From Thermoplasmata archaeon (lineage in GTDB: Archaea > Thermoplasmatota > Thermoplasmata > Lutacidiplasmatales > UBA184): a stretch of 55,161 nucleotides of DNA. Of this stretch, positions 44,028-53,407 are shown one piece after another; position 1 is the first letter of the stretch, and each line of letters begins with the position of its first letter. The notes below the pieces were generated by a model, which searched no databases, was not told where the DNA came from, and was given only the letters and a program-made list of their open reading frames with translations. The DNA lies in assembly GCA_021791335.1 (NCBI GenBank), contig JAJYWS010000005.1:1-55161 (forward strand). The letters are read 5' to 3'. Position numbers and translations under genes: made by a program.

Positions 44028-44954
44028 ATGAGCCGAACGCTGAACGAGGCGCTGCACCGACGTCCGCTCCTCTTCGAACCGGTGCCCCCGATGGCCCGGA
44101 CCTCCCCGGCGCGATCGGCCGAGCAGATCGAGGCGGTGGCCCGGCTGGTCGCCGAGGTCCCCCGGATCGACGCGATCAACCTCCCCGAACTGGTGGATGA
44201 GAACCACGATGGGCGGCCGTACTACCGCACCGTCGATCCCCGGGTCTACGGCCGGGCCCTCGGGGAGCGGACCGGCCGGCCGATCCTGGTCAACAAGGTC
44301 GTCGCCCACCTGGACGGGCCGGACGCCCTGAAGGCGTGGGTCGAGGAGACCGTCGCCTACGGCATCCGCCACGCCGTCCTGGTCGGGGGATCGAGCCGGT
44401 ACATCCCGTACCCGGGCCCGACGGTCGCCGAGGCCAACCGGGTCTGCGCCCCGGCGTTCGCGCGCCATGGGGGCGGGATCGGCAACATCGCGATCCCGCA
44501 GCGGCAGGGGGAGCCGTACCGGATGCTCAGCAAGACCCGGGGCGGGGCCTCCTTCTTCACGACGCAGCTCGTCTTCGGCGCCGGCCCGATCGTCGAGATG
44601 GTGGCCGAGTACGGCCGGCTCTGCCTCCAGGCGATGCTCCGGCCCTCGGCCGTCCTGGTGAGCCTGGCGCCGATCGCCGACGAGATGGACGCCGAGTTCG
44701 TCCGATGGCTCGGCGCCGACATCCCGCTCGCCGCGGAGCGGGAGATCCTCGCCGGCGAGGAGGCCGGTGCCGGGGAGCGCAGCGTCCGGCACGCCCTCGC
44801 CGTCTGGGATGACCTGCGAGCCGGGCTGGAATCCGCGGAGTGCGAGGTCCCGTTGGGGGTCAACGTCGAGCAGATCTCGGTCCGTCACCTGGCGACCGCC
44901 CGTCGGATGGTCGAGGCGTTCGCCGATCGCCTGGGCCCGGCGCCGCCGCCGTAG
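44028..44954 (+). CDS. Methylenetetrahydrofolate reductase-like protein
   Basis: The motifs ..LLFEPVPP.. and ..FFTTQLVFG.. resemble the MTHFR TIM barrel. The start is ATG 44028 within ORF 43935..44954. Confidence 0.5.
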   Translation: MSRTLNEALHRRPLLFEPVPPMARTSPARSAEQIEAVARLVAEVPRIDAINLPELVDENHDGRPYYRTVDPRVYGRALGERTGRPILVNKVVAHLDGPDALKAWVEETVAYGIRHAVLVGGSSRYIPYPGPTVAEANRVCAPAFARHGGGIGNIAIPQRQGEPYRMLSKTRGGASFFTTQLVFGAGPIVEMVAEYGRLCLQAMLRPSAVLVSLAPIADEMDAEFVRWLGADIPLAAEREILAGEEAGAGERSVRHALAVWDDLRAGLESAECEVPLGVNVEQISVRHLATARRMVEAFADRLGPAPPP

Positions 44955-44969
44955 CGCCGCCGGTCGGGG

Positions 44970-45938
44970 TCAGCCGATGCCGGCCCAGCGGAGCAGCAGC
45001 GTGGTGGCCGCCGCCAGGGTCGCCGCGGTCAGGGGGCCGGTCCCCCATTCGATCAGGATGTGGCGGACGACGCCCCAGCGGATCCTCGAGCGGTGCCGTC
45101 CGTACCCGACGCCCAGGAGCGCCCCCATGAGGGCCTGGTTGACCGACGTGTAGAAGCCGGTGAGGATGACCCCGAACAGGACGGTCGACTGGGCGAGCTG
45201 GGCGCTCGCCGCCATCGGCGGGTCCAGGTCGACCACCTCGTGGGACAACCGGTCGATCAGTCGATCCCCGAAGAAGAAGGCGCCGAGCCCCATGCCGAGG
45301 CCCCCGACCAGGGCCGCCGCGGTGGCGGTCGACACCCCGCCGAGGAGCAGCGCGCCGGTCGCATTGGAGACGTCGTTCGCCCCCAGCAGGAACGAGGTGA
45401 CCGCCCCCAGCCCGACCAGGGCCATGAGGGCGGGCGGGGAGCGCATCAGATGGAGCGCCCGGACCGGCCAGCGCCGGTGCAGGGTCCGGACGAGGAGGTA
45501 GGCGAGGAGCCCCGTGGCGATGGGGGTCAGCGCCCAGATGAGGACGAAGACGCCGACCGTGCCCCATTCGATCGAGGCCCCCGCGGCGAGACCGGTGCCG
45601 ACCGAGGCGAAGATGACGATCTGGCTCACCGAGATCGGGATCCGCAGCACGGTGAAGAGCGAGGTCAACAGGAAGGCGACCCCGATGATCGAGGCCGCCA
45701 GGGGGATCGGCAGGTGGCCGTGGAGCAGGAGGTCGTGCCCGACCGTCCGTTCCACCCGCTCCCCCGCGAGCGCGGCCCCCAGGAAGGTGAGCGGCGCCAT
45801 GATGAGCAGCAGCCGCCGGCGGGAGGCGGCCCCGGCCGCGTCGGCCATCCCCATGCAGGCGCCCGCGTAGTGGGCGCCGAGCGCGAACGCAAAGCCGAAG
45901 GCGAGGAATAGGAGGATCACGGCGCCCAGGGCGATCAT
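44970..45938 (-). CDS. Inorganic phosphate transporter, PiT family
   Basis: The signature GANDVSNATG is present. The 322-aa protein is polytopic. Confidence 0.85.
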   Translation of the reverse strand: MIALGAVILLFLAFGFAFALGAHYAGACMGMADAAGAASRRRLLLIMAPLTFLGAALAGERVERTVGHDLLLHGHLPIPLAASIIGVAFLLTSLFTVLRIPISVSQIVIFASVGTGLAAGASIEWGTVGVFVLIWALTPIATGLLAYLLVRTLHRRWPVRALHLMRSPPALMALVGLGAVTSFLLGANDVSNATGALLLGGVSTATAAALVGGLGMGLGAFFFGDRLIDRLSHEVVDLDPPMAASAQLAQSTVLFGVILTGFYTSVNQALMGALLGVGYGRHRSRIRWGVVRHILIEWGTGPLTAATLAAATTLLLRWAGIG

Positions 45939-45977
45939 GGGTCCCGTCCCGTCTCGGGCATCCTCCGACCGCTCCGA

Positions 45978-46628
45978 TCAGGCGAGCGCCTTGGTGAGCG
46001 CCGAGATCGCGGGGTTGAGGTCCGGCTGTCCGAGGATGAAGATGGTGTCGGTGTAGCAGGACATCGCCTGCACGATGTTGACCCCGGCGGTCGAGAGCAC
46101 GCCCGCCAGGAAGGCGAGCAGCCCCGGGGTCTCCTCCACACTGTCCGGGCTCGTCACGGCGAGTTCGGCGAGCCCCCGGCGGGCGTCGATCACCTGGGCG
46201 TCCCGGAGCCTCCGGGTGACCCGGGGGACCGAATCCTCGTCGACGATGATCACGGTGCCCTGGGAGACCTGGATCACCCGGCACAGGGCGTTGTCGTCCA
46301 GCAGCTCCTCGACGACGTCCCCAAGCGCCTGGAGGACGTCGATCCCCTGGACGACCGTCACCGTCGCGACCTTGGTCCGGGTCTCGATCCGGCTCTTCCG
46401 GAGGACCCGGTGGATGCCCTCCTCCCGGATCCCGGGCCGTCGGGGGGAGGGGTAGCGTCGGCAGGCCGCGATCACCCCGGCGGTCGTCGTCCAGCCCAGA
46501 TCCTCGGCGATGCGGCGGGCCACCGCCGAGTGGTTGGCGATCCCCAGCCGGAGCGCCTCGGCCACCGTCGGATGGCCGTCCAGGTAGTCGCGGACCTGCC
46601 GGGCTACCGATCTCTGCGCGTCGGGCAT
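45978..46628 (-). CDS. HTH plus ACT-domain regulator-like protein
   Basis: The N-terminus has ..LGIANHSAVARRIAEDLG.. (HTH-like). The C-terminus has ..GLLAFLAGVLSTAGVNIVQAMSCYTDTIFIL.. (ACT-like). Confidence 0.6.
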   Translation of the reverse strand: MPDAQRSVARQVRDYLDGHPTVAEALRLGIANHSAVARRIAEDLGWTTTAGVIAACRRYPSPRRPGIREEGIHRVLRKSRIETRTKVATVTVVQGIDVLQALGDVVEELLDDNALCRVIQVSQGTVIIVDEDSVPRVTRRLRDAQVIDARRGLAELAVTSPDSVEETPGLLAFLAGVLSTAGVNIVQAMSCYTDTIFILGQPDLNPAISALTKALA

Positions 46629-46652
46629 GGTTGCCTAAATTTGGACAACATA

Positions 46653-46706
46653 GGTCGATTTCGTCCTAAGATGGTCAAACCCTACATATAGGTGCCGGTC
46701 GATTCC
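46653..46706. promoter_or_regulatory. Direct repeat GGTCGATT(T/C)C x2 in the AT-rich divergent control region
   Basis: The copies lie at 46653-46662 and 46697-46706, 9/10 identical and 44 nt apart. They flank ACATATAGG (46684-46692). Confidence 0.3.
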
Positions 46707-46728
46707 TCCTTCGGCTTCGCTTCATCGC

Positions 46729-47988
46729 ATGACGGACAAGGTAGTGCTGGCGTACTCCGGCGGACTCGACACCTCGGTCGCGATTCCCTGGCTCAAGGAG
46801 CGGGGCCTCGACGTGGTGGCCGTCACGGTCGACGTCGGCCAGCCCGGGGACCTCCAGGCCCACCGGCAGAAAGCGCTGCGCATCGGGGCGAGCGACGCCG
46901 TGGTGGTCGATGCCCGGGCCGAGTATGCCGAGGGCTACATTGCCCGGGCGCTCCGGGCCAACGCGATGTACGAGGGGATCTACCCCCTGAGCACCGCCCT
47001 CGCCCGCCCGCTCATCGGCAAGACCCTGGTCGACGTCGCCCGGAAGGTCGGCGCGCGGAAGATCGCCCACGGCTGCACCGGCAAGGGCAACGACCAGGTC
47101 CGGTTCGATCTCTGCACCACCAGCCTGGCGCCCGAGCTCGAGGTCCTCGCTCCGGCCCGGGTCTGGAAGATGACCCGGGAGGAGGAGATCGCCTACGCCG
47201 AGGCCCGGGGGGTCCCCGTGCCGGTCGGCCGCCGCTCCCCCTACTCCACCGATGAGAACCTCTGGGGCCGCTCGGTCGAATGCGGGATCCTCGAGGACCC
47301 CGCGGTCGAGCCTCCCGAGGAAGCGTACGGCTGGACGCGGGCGCCCGAGCGGGCGCCCGACACGCCGGTGTACGTCACCCTCGGCTTCGACCGGGGCCTG
47401 CCGATCTCGATCGACGGGCAGGCGACCGAACTGCCCGCGCTGGTGCCGATGCTCAACCGGCTCGCCGGGGACCACGGTGTCGGCCGGATCGACCACATCG
47501 AGAGCCGGGTCGTCGGGATCAAGTCCCGGGAGGTCTACGAGTGCCCGGCCGCCCTCACGCTCATCCAGGCCCACCAGGCCCTCGAGGCCCTGGTCCTGCC
47601 GAGGGACCTGCTCGACTTCAAGCGGTCGGTCGAGCAGCGGTATGCCCAGCTCATCTACGACGGCCTCTGGTTCACCCCGCTTCGGGAAGCCCTCGACGCC
47701 TTCGTCGCCTCCACCCAGTCCCGGGTCACGGGCGAGGTCGTCCTCAAGCTGTACAAGGGCAGCTCCCGGGTGGTCGGCCGCCGGTCGGCCTACGCGCTCT
47801 ACCAGCACGAACTCGCCACCTACGCGGAGGGGGACCGGTTCCGCAACGAGATGGCGGAGGGGTTCATCTACGTCTGGGGGCTTCCGGCCCGGACCTGGGC
47901 CTCCCTCGAGGAGCGCACCCCCCCGGCCCCGGTGCCTGGGGGGCCCCTGGCCTCCCCGCCGGCGAACGTCCGAACGGCTGTGGATTGA
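46729..47988 (+). CDS. argG: Argininosuccinate synthase
   Basis: Motifs are VLAYSGGLDTS and ..GCTGKGNDQVRF... The protein is 419 aa long. Confidence 0.95.
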   Translation: MTDKVVLAYSGGLDTSVAIPWLKERGLDVVAVTVDVGQPGDLQAHRQKALRIGASDAVVVDARAEYAEGYIARALRANAMYEGIYPLSTALARPLIGKTLVDVARKVGARKIAHGCTGKGNDQVRFDLCTTSLAPELEVLAPARVWKMTREEEIAYAEARGVPVPVGRRSPYSTDENLWGRSVECGILEDPAVEPPEEAYGWTRAPERAPDTPVYVTLGFDRGLPISIDGQATELPALVPMLNRLAGDHGVGRIDHIESRVVGIKSREVYECPAALTLIQAHQALEALVLPRDLLDFKRSVEQRYAQLIYDGLWFTPLREALDAFVASTQSRVTGEVVLKLYKGSSRVVGRRSAYALYQHELATYAEGDRFRNEMAEGFIYVWGLPARTWASLEERTPPAPVPGGPLASPPANVRTAVD

Positions 47989-49424
47989 TGGCGGCATCGG
48001 CGAGGATTCCCCAGATGGCCCCCCCTTCCCAGGCCCCCCGGTACGTCCGGACCCCGACCGCCGGCTTCCTCCGATCGCTGGACGTCGACCGGCCGCTCGC
48101 CCGGGTCGACCTGGCGGGCTCGATCGTCCACACCGAGATGCTCGAGCGGATCGGGCTCCTGACCGCCGCCGAACGGGCGACGCTCGTCGAGGGGCTGAGG
48201 ACGGTCGCCCGGGAGATCCGGGACGGACAGTTCCCCTGGCGCCCCGAACTGGAGGATGTCCACACGAACGTGGAGGTCCGGCTGGGCGAGCTGGTCGGAC
48301 CGGTCGCCGGCAAGCTGCACACGGGCCGGAGCCGCAACGATCAGGTGGCCCTCGATGAGCGGCTGTACCTGCGCGCGGCGATCGCCGAGGTGGCCCACCC
48401 CCTGCTCCGGCTGCAGGAGATCCTGCGCCGCCGGGCCCGGGCCGAGGCCAAGAGCCCGATGCCGGGCTACACCCACCTCCAACGGGCCCAGCCGATCACC
48501 CTCGGCCACCACCTCCTCGCCCATTACTTCAGGTTCGACCGGGACCTCGATCGGCTCTACGCGACCGCGGCCCGGGCCAACGTGAGCCCCCTCGGGGCCG
48601 GCGCGCTCGCCGGCTCGACGCTGCCCCTCGATCCGGCGTACGTCGCCGGGCGGCTGGGATTCGACCGGGCCTTCGAGAACTCCCTCGACGCGGTCAGCGA
48701 CCGCGATGCGTTCGTGGAGCTGCTCTTCGACCTGGCGCTCCTCGCGGTCCACCTGAGTGCCCTCGGCGAGGAGCTGGTCCTCTGGGCGTCCACGGAGTTT
48801 GGCTTCGTCCGGCCCACCGACGCCCTCGGCGGCGGCTCCAGCCTGATGCCGCAGAAGCAGAACCCGGACGTTCCCGAGCTGGTCCGGGGGAAGGCGGGGC
48901 GGATCGTCGGCCACCTGGTCGGGCTGCTCACCACCCTCAAGGGGCTCCCGCTCGCCTACGACCGGGACCTCCAGGAGGACAAGGCGCCGGTCCTCGACGC
49001 GGTACGGGAGGTCGCGACGACCGTCCAGGCCCTCGCGGAGGTCATGGACCGGATCGAATTCGATGCCGAGCGCATGGCCACGGCCGCCGACGATCCCCGG
49101 CTCCTCGCGACCGACCAGGCCGAACGGCTGGTCCGTAGCGGGGTACCGTTCCGGGAGGCCCACGAGTCGGTCGGTGCCCACCTCGCCCAAGGGGGGGACC
49201 CCCGGGAACTCCCCGCGGCGTACCGGGGGCGGGCCGGCACCGGTAGCCTCGACGCGCGCTCGGCCGCCCAGCGGCGCACCTCGCCCGGCGGCCCCGGCGG
49301 CGCCGCGCTGGAGGCCCAGCTTCAGTTGGCCGACGCCCGGTACGGGCTGCGGTCCGAATCCCTCTCCTCGATCGACCGGTCGAACGGTCGGATCGATGAG
49401 CTCTTGGAGGAACGAACGAAATGA
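47988..49424 (+). CDS. argH: Argininosuccinate lyase
   Basis: Motifs are GSSLMPQKQNPD and HTGRSRNDQV. The ATG overlaps the argG stop by 1 nt (TGATG). The upstream part of ORF 47280..49424 is rejected. Confidence 0.9.
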   Translation: MAASARIPQMAPPSQAPRYVRTPTAGFLRSLDVDRPLARVDLAGSIVHTEMLERIGLLTAAERATLVEGLRTVAREIRDGQFPWRPELEDVHTNVEVRLGELVGPVAGKLHTGRSRNDQVALDERLYLRAAIAEVAHPLLRLQEILRRRARAEAKSPMPGYTHLQRAQPITLGHHLLAHYFRFDRDLDRLYATAARANVSPLGAGALAGSTLPLDPAYVAGRLGFDRAFENSLDAVSDRDAFVELLFDLALLAVHLSALGEELVLWASTEFGFVRPTDALGGGSSLMPQKQNPDVPELVRGKAGRIVGHLVGLLTTLKGLPLAYDRDLQEDKAPVLDAVREVATTVQALAEVMDRIEFDAERMATAADDPRLLATDQAERLVRSGVPFREAHESVGAHLAQGGDPRELPAAYRGRAGTGSLDARSAAQRRTSPGGPGGAALEAQLQLADARYGLRSESLSSIDRSNGRIDELLEERTK

Positions 49425-49582
49425 CGCAGTGCCCGACCTGCGATGCGGGAGTGACGCCGAACGCCCTGATTGTGGGGGAGATCTTCGCCTGCCCCGACTG
49501 CGGTACCGAACTGGAGGTCCTGGGAACGGCCCCGTTCTCGGTCCAGTGCGCGCCGAAGGAAGCCGAGGACTGGGGTGAGTAA
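49421..49582 (+). CDS. lysW: Amino-group carrier protein LysW
   Basis: This gene is not in the ORF track (53 aa). My manual translation gives MTQCPTCDAGVTPNALIVGEIFACPDCGTELEVLGTAPFSVQCAPKEAEDWGE, with a zinc ribbon and a C-terminal EDWGE tail. It is ATGA-coupled to argH. Confidence 0.85.
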   Translation: MTQCPTCDAGVTPNALIVGEIFACPDCGTELEVLGTAPFSVQCAPKEAEDWGE

Positions 49583-50426
49583 CGGGTTTCGGCTCGGACT
49601 CTTCTACACCATCGTACGGCCCGAGGAGAAGGCGCTCCTCGCCGCGGCGGAGCGCCGCTCCCTCGCCATGGTCCGGCTCTCGGACGACGAGATGGTGTTC
49701 GGGTTCGAGCGGGGTTCCCTCGATGTCGACGGCATCCTGAACCGCTCGGTCAGCCACAGCCGGGCGCTCTACGCCGCCCACTACTTCGAGCACTACGGTA
49801 TCCCCGCGATCAACCTCCCCGACGTGCTGGAGCGGGCCGGGGACAAGATCCTCGCCTCGCTGCGGCTGAGCGCCCGGGGCATCCCGACGCCCCGGACGGT
49901 GGTGGCGCTGACCGGCGAGTCGGCGCTCAAGGCGCTCGACGAGATCGGCTATCCGGCGGTCCTCAAGCCCCCCGTGGGCTCCTGGGGCCGGCTGATGGCC
50001 AAGGTGACCGACCGGGAGTCGGCCGAGCAGATCCTCGAGCACAAGGGGGCCCTGAGTTCCCCCGTCCATTCGATCTTCTACGTCCAGGAGTACATCCCCA
50101 AGCCCGACCGGGACCTCCGGGTCTTCGTCGTCGGGGACCGGGTCGTGGGGGCGATGCTGCGCCGATCCGAGTCGTGGCGGACCAACGCCGCGCGCGGCGC
50201 CTCGACCGAGCCGCTCCCGGTCACCCCGGAGCTGGCCGAACTCTCGCTCCGGGCCGCCGACGCGATGGGCGGGGGCGTCCTCGCGGTCGACCTCATGGAG
50301 TCGCCCCGGGGGCTGGTCGTCCACGAGGTCAATCCGACCCCCGAGTTCAAGGCGCTTCAGGCGGCGACCGGGGTCGACATCGCCGACACGATCCTCGACT
50401 ATGCCCTCCAGCGATGGCGCCGATGA
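49575..50426 (+). CDS. lysX: LysW ligase (LysX/ArgX, RimK-type ATP-grasp)
   Basis: The GTG start overlaps the last 8 nt of lysW. Motifs include ..YPAVLKPPVGSWGRLM.. and ..LAVDLMESPRGLVVHEVN... Confidence 0.85.
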   Translation: MSNGFRLGLFYTIVRPEEKALLAAAERRSLAMVRLSDDEMVFGFERGSLDVDGILNRSVSHSRALYAAHYFEHYGIPAINLPDVLERAGDKILASLRLSARGIPTPRTVVALTGESALKALDEIGYPAVLKPPVGSWGRLMAKVTDRESAEQILEHKGALSSPVHSIFYVQEYIPKPDRDLRVFVVGDRVVGAMLRRSESWRTNAARGASTEPLPVTPELAELSLRAADAMGGGVLAVDLMESPRGLVVHEVNPTPEFKALQAATGVDIADTILDYALQRWRR

Positions 50427-51451
50427 AGGTCTCGATCGTCGGCGGCTCGGGCTACGTGGGCGGAGAGCTCCTGAGGCTCCTCCTGCGGCACCCCGAGGTG
50501 GAGATCGACCGGGTCGTCTCCCAGTCGATGGCGGGTAAGCCCGTCGGCCGGGCCCATCCGAACCTTCGGAAGGCCACGGCGCTCACCTTCAGTCCGCCGG
50601 ACGCCTGGCGGCCGGTGGACGTCACCTTCGTCGCGAGCGCCCACGGGGGCTCGATGGGCGTCACGCCGAAGCTGCTCGACGCCGGGGGGAAGGTCATCGA
50701 TCTGACCGCGGACTTCCGGCTCAAGGACCCGGCGCTCTATCCGGCCTACTACCATACGGACCACCCCCGGCCCGACCTCCTCGGCCAAGCGGTCTACGGC
50801 CTCCCCGAGCGGCATCGGTCGGAGATCCGCCGCGCGCAACTCATCGCCAACCCGGGCTGCATGGCCGCCGCCTCGATCCTGGCGCTGACGCCGCTGGTCG
50901 CGGCCGGCCTGGTGGATCCCCAGCGGCCGGTCGTGGTCGACGCAAAGAGCGGCTCGAGCGCGAGCGGCCGCGACGGAGGTCCGGCGGCGCTCCACCCCGA
51001 ACGGTCGGGCGTCATGCGGCTCTACGCCCCGGCGGGGCACCGGCACACCGCCGAGATCGAGCAGGAGACCGGGCTCCCGATCGCCCTCTCCTGCCACGGG
51101 GTCGAGGCGGTCCGCGGCGTCCTCGCGACGGTCCACGCGACCGCCCGGGCGCCGGTCGACGAGAAGGGACTCTGGCGGGCCTTCCGGGCCGTCTACGCGG
51201 AGGAGCCGTTCGTCCGGATCGTCCACGATGCGGAAGGCCTCTACCGGGAACCGGAGCCGAAGCTCCTCGCCGGCACCAACTACTGCGACGTCGGATTCGC
51301 GACCGACCCGCACGCGGGCCGGATCGTCGCCGTCGGGGCCCTCGACAACCTCATGAAGGGCGCGGCGGGCAACGCGGTCCAATGCCTCAACATCCTCGGC
51401 GGCTGGCGAGAGACGACCGGCCTCGATTTCCTCGGGCTCCACCCGGTCTGA
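50423..51451 (+). CDS. lysY: LysW-bound gamma-glutamyl/aminoadipyl phosphate reductase (LysY/ArgC)
   Basis: Motifs are VGGSGYVGGELLRLL and the active-site NPGCMAAA. It is ATGA-coupled to lysX. ATG 50414 is an alternative start. Confidence 0.9.
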   Translation: MKVSIVGGSGYVGGELLRLLLRHPEVEIDRVVSQSMAGKPVGRAHPNLRKATALTFSPPDAWRPVDVTFVASAHGGSMGVTPKLLDAGGKVIDLTADFRLKDPALYPAYYHTDHPRPDLLGQAVYGLPERHRSEIRRAQLIANPGCMAAASILALTPLVAAGLVDPQRPVVVDAKSGSSASGRDGGPAALHPERSGVMRLYAPAGHRHTAEIEQETGLPIALSCHGVEAVRGVLATVHATARAPVDEKGLWRAFRAVYAEEPFVRIVHDAEGLYREPEPKLLAGTNYCDVGFATDPHAGRIVAVGALDNLMKGAAGNAVQCLNILGGWRETTGLDFLGLHPV

Positions 51452-51464
51452 GGCGCATGGACCG

Positions 51465-52259
51465 ATGACGCTGGTGGTCAAGATCGGTGGGGCGGCGGGC
51501 AACGCCGTCGCCCCGGTGCTCGCGGACCTCGCGGGCCGTTCGGGGGCCGTCCTGGTCCACGGAGGCTCGGAGGAGGTCGACCGGCTGGGGGAGGCGCTCG
51601 GGGTGCCCTCGAAGTACTACACCTCCCCGAGCGGGGCGACCTCCCGCTACACCGACCCGGCCCGCCGGGAGGTGGTCCTGCTGGCCCTGACGGGGCGGGT
51701 GAACCCGCGCATCGTCGCCGAGCTCCACCGGCTCGGGGCCCGGCCCGTGGGGCTGAGCGGTCTCGACGGGCCGCTCCTTATGGGTCCCCGGAAGGAAGGC
51801 GCCCGATCGGTGGTCGACGGCAAGATCCTGCGGGTGAAGGACGACTGGTCCGGTACCGTCGCCCGGGTCGACGACCGTCTCCTCCGGCTCCTCCTCGACC
51901 ACGGCTACACCCCGGTGGTCTCGCCCCCGGCGATCACCCCCGAGGGCGAGGTGATCAACGTCGACAGCGACCGGGCCGCGGCGGCGGTCGCGGGCGCGCT
52001 CGGGGCCGAGGCGCTGCTCCTCCTCACCAACGTTCCCGGTCTGCTCCGGGACGTCGCGGACCCTTCGAGCCGGGTCGCCCGGATCCCGAAGGCCGAGATC
52101 GAGGGGTACCTTCCGGTCGCCGGCGGACGGATGCGCAAGAAGCTCGTGGCCGCCCAGGAAGCCCTCGCCAAGGGGGTGGGCCGGGTCGTGATCGCCTCCT
52201 CGGCCGTCGACCGGCCGATCGCCCGCGCGCTCGACGGCGAGGGGACGGTGATCGAGTGA
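51465..52259 (+). CDS. lysZ: LysW-bound amino-acid kinase (LysZ/ArgB)
   Basis: It has the amino-acid kinase fold, with VVKIGGAAG and ..INVDSDRAAAAVA... Confidence 0.85.
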   Translation: MTLVVKIGGAAGNAVAPVLADLAGRSGAVLVHGGSEEVDRLGEALGVPSKYYTSPSGATSRYTDPARREVVLLALTGRVNPRIVAELHRLGARPVGLSGLDGPLLMGPRKEGARSVVDGKILRVKDDWSGTVARVDDRLLRLLLDHGYTPVVSPPAITPEGEVINVDSDRAAAAVAGALGAEALLLLTNVPGLLRDVADPSSRVARIPKAEIEGYLPVAGGRMRKKLVAAQEALAKGVGRVVIASSAVDRPIARALDGEGTVIE

Positions 52260-53407
52260 GCGACCGGAGCCCGGGCGAGTTCGCCGGCGCCCCCCGTCAC
52301 GCCCTCGAGATCGTCCGGGGCGAGGGCGCCCACCTCTGGGATTCCGCCGGACGCCGATACCTCGACCTGGGGGCCTCCCACGGGACCGCGAACGTGGGTC
52401 ACGCCAACCCGGAGGTGGTCGCGGCGCTCGCCCGGCAGGCCCGCGAGCTGCTCCAACTCGCCGGGTCGTTTGCCTCCCCGGTCCGGACCGAGTTCATCCG
52501 CGCCCTGACGGCGACCTTGCCGGCGCCCCTCGACCGGGTCTTCCTCTCGAACTCCGGCACCGAGTCGGTGGAGGCGGCGATCAAGTTCGCCCGGTCCGCC
52601 ACGGGCCGGCCGCGGATCGTCGCCGCGATGCGGGGGTTCCACGGCCGCACCCTGGGCGCGCTCAGCGCCACCTGGCGGCCGGAGTTCCGGGCGCCGTTCG
52701 AGCCGCTGGTCCCCGAATTCGCCCACGTCCCGTTCAACGACGCGGCCGCGCTGGCGGCCGCGGTCGACGACCGGACCGCGGCCGTGCTGCTCGAACCGGT
52801 CCAGGGCGAAGGCGGGGTCCACCCGGCCGCCGAGGGGTACCTGCGGGACGCCCGGGCCATCGCCTCGGCCCATGGGGCGCTCCTCATCCTGGACGAGGTC
52901 CAGACCGGCCTCGGCCGGACCGGACGGTTCTGGGCGCTCGAGCGCTCGGGGATCGTGCCCGACATCGTGACCGCCGCGAAGTCGCTCGCCGGCGGGGTGC
53001 CGATCGGGGCGACGGTCACGACCGGGGCGGTCGAGTCGGCGTTCCGGGGGAGCCACCAGTCGACCTTCGGCGGGAACCCTTTGGCCTGCGCGGCGGGGAT
53101 CGCCGCTCTGGAGTACGCCCGGCGGGAACGGCTGGCCGAACGGGCCGAGCGGCTCGGCGAGATCGCCCGCCTCCGGCTCGCGGGGCTTCCCGAGTCGGTC
53201 GTCCGGGAGGTCCGGGGGGTCGGCCTCATGATCGGGATTGAGCTCCGGGGCCGGGCCGCCCCCCACCTGGAAGCGCTGCGGTCGCAGGGCTACCTCGCCA
53301 TTTCGGGAGGCGCCAACGTGATCCGGCTCTTGCCGCCGCTCGTCATCTCCGAGGAGGATTGGGTCGGCGCGCTCGGGGCCCTCCGGGAGATCCTGGGCCG
53401 TGGATGA
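52256..53407 (+). CDS. lysJ: Class III aminotransferase (LysJ/ArgD)
   Basis: Motifs are LILDEVQTGLGRTG and TAAKSLAGG. It is GTGA-coupled to lysZ. Confidence 0.9.
   Translation: MSDRSPGEFAGAPRHALEIVRGEGAHLWDSAGRRYLDLGASHGTANVGHANPEVVAALARQARELLQLAGSFASPVRTEFIRALTATLPAPLDRVFLSNSGTESVEAAIKFARSATGRPRIVAAMRGFHGRTLGALSATWRPEFRAPFEPLVPEFAHVPFNDAAALAAAVDDRTAAVLLEPVQGEGGVHPAAEGYLRDARAIASAHGALLILDEVQTGLGRTGRFWALERSGIVPDIVTAAKSLAGGVPIGATVTTGAVESAFRGSHQSTFGGNPLACAAGIAALEYARRERLAERAERLGEIARLRLAGLPESVVREVRGVGLMIGIELRGRAAPHLEALRSQGYLAISGGANVIRLLPPLVISEEDWVGALGALREILGRG

Noticed and set aside
47868-50324. 818-aa minus-strand ORF
   Set aside because: It is antisense to argH, lysW and lysX, all of which have clear family signatures. 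Its composition is low-complexity.
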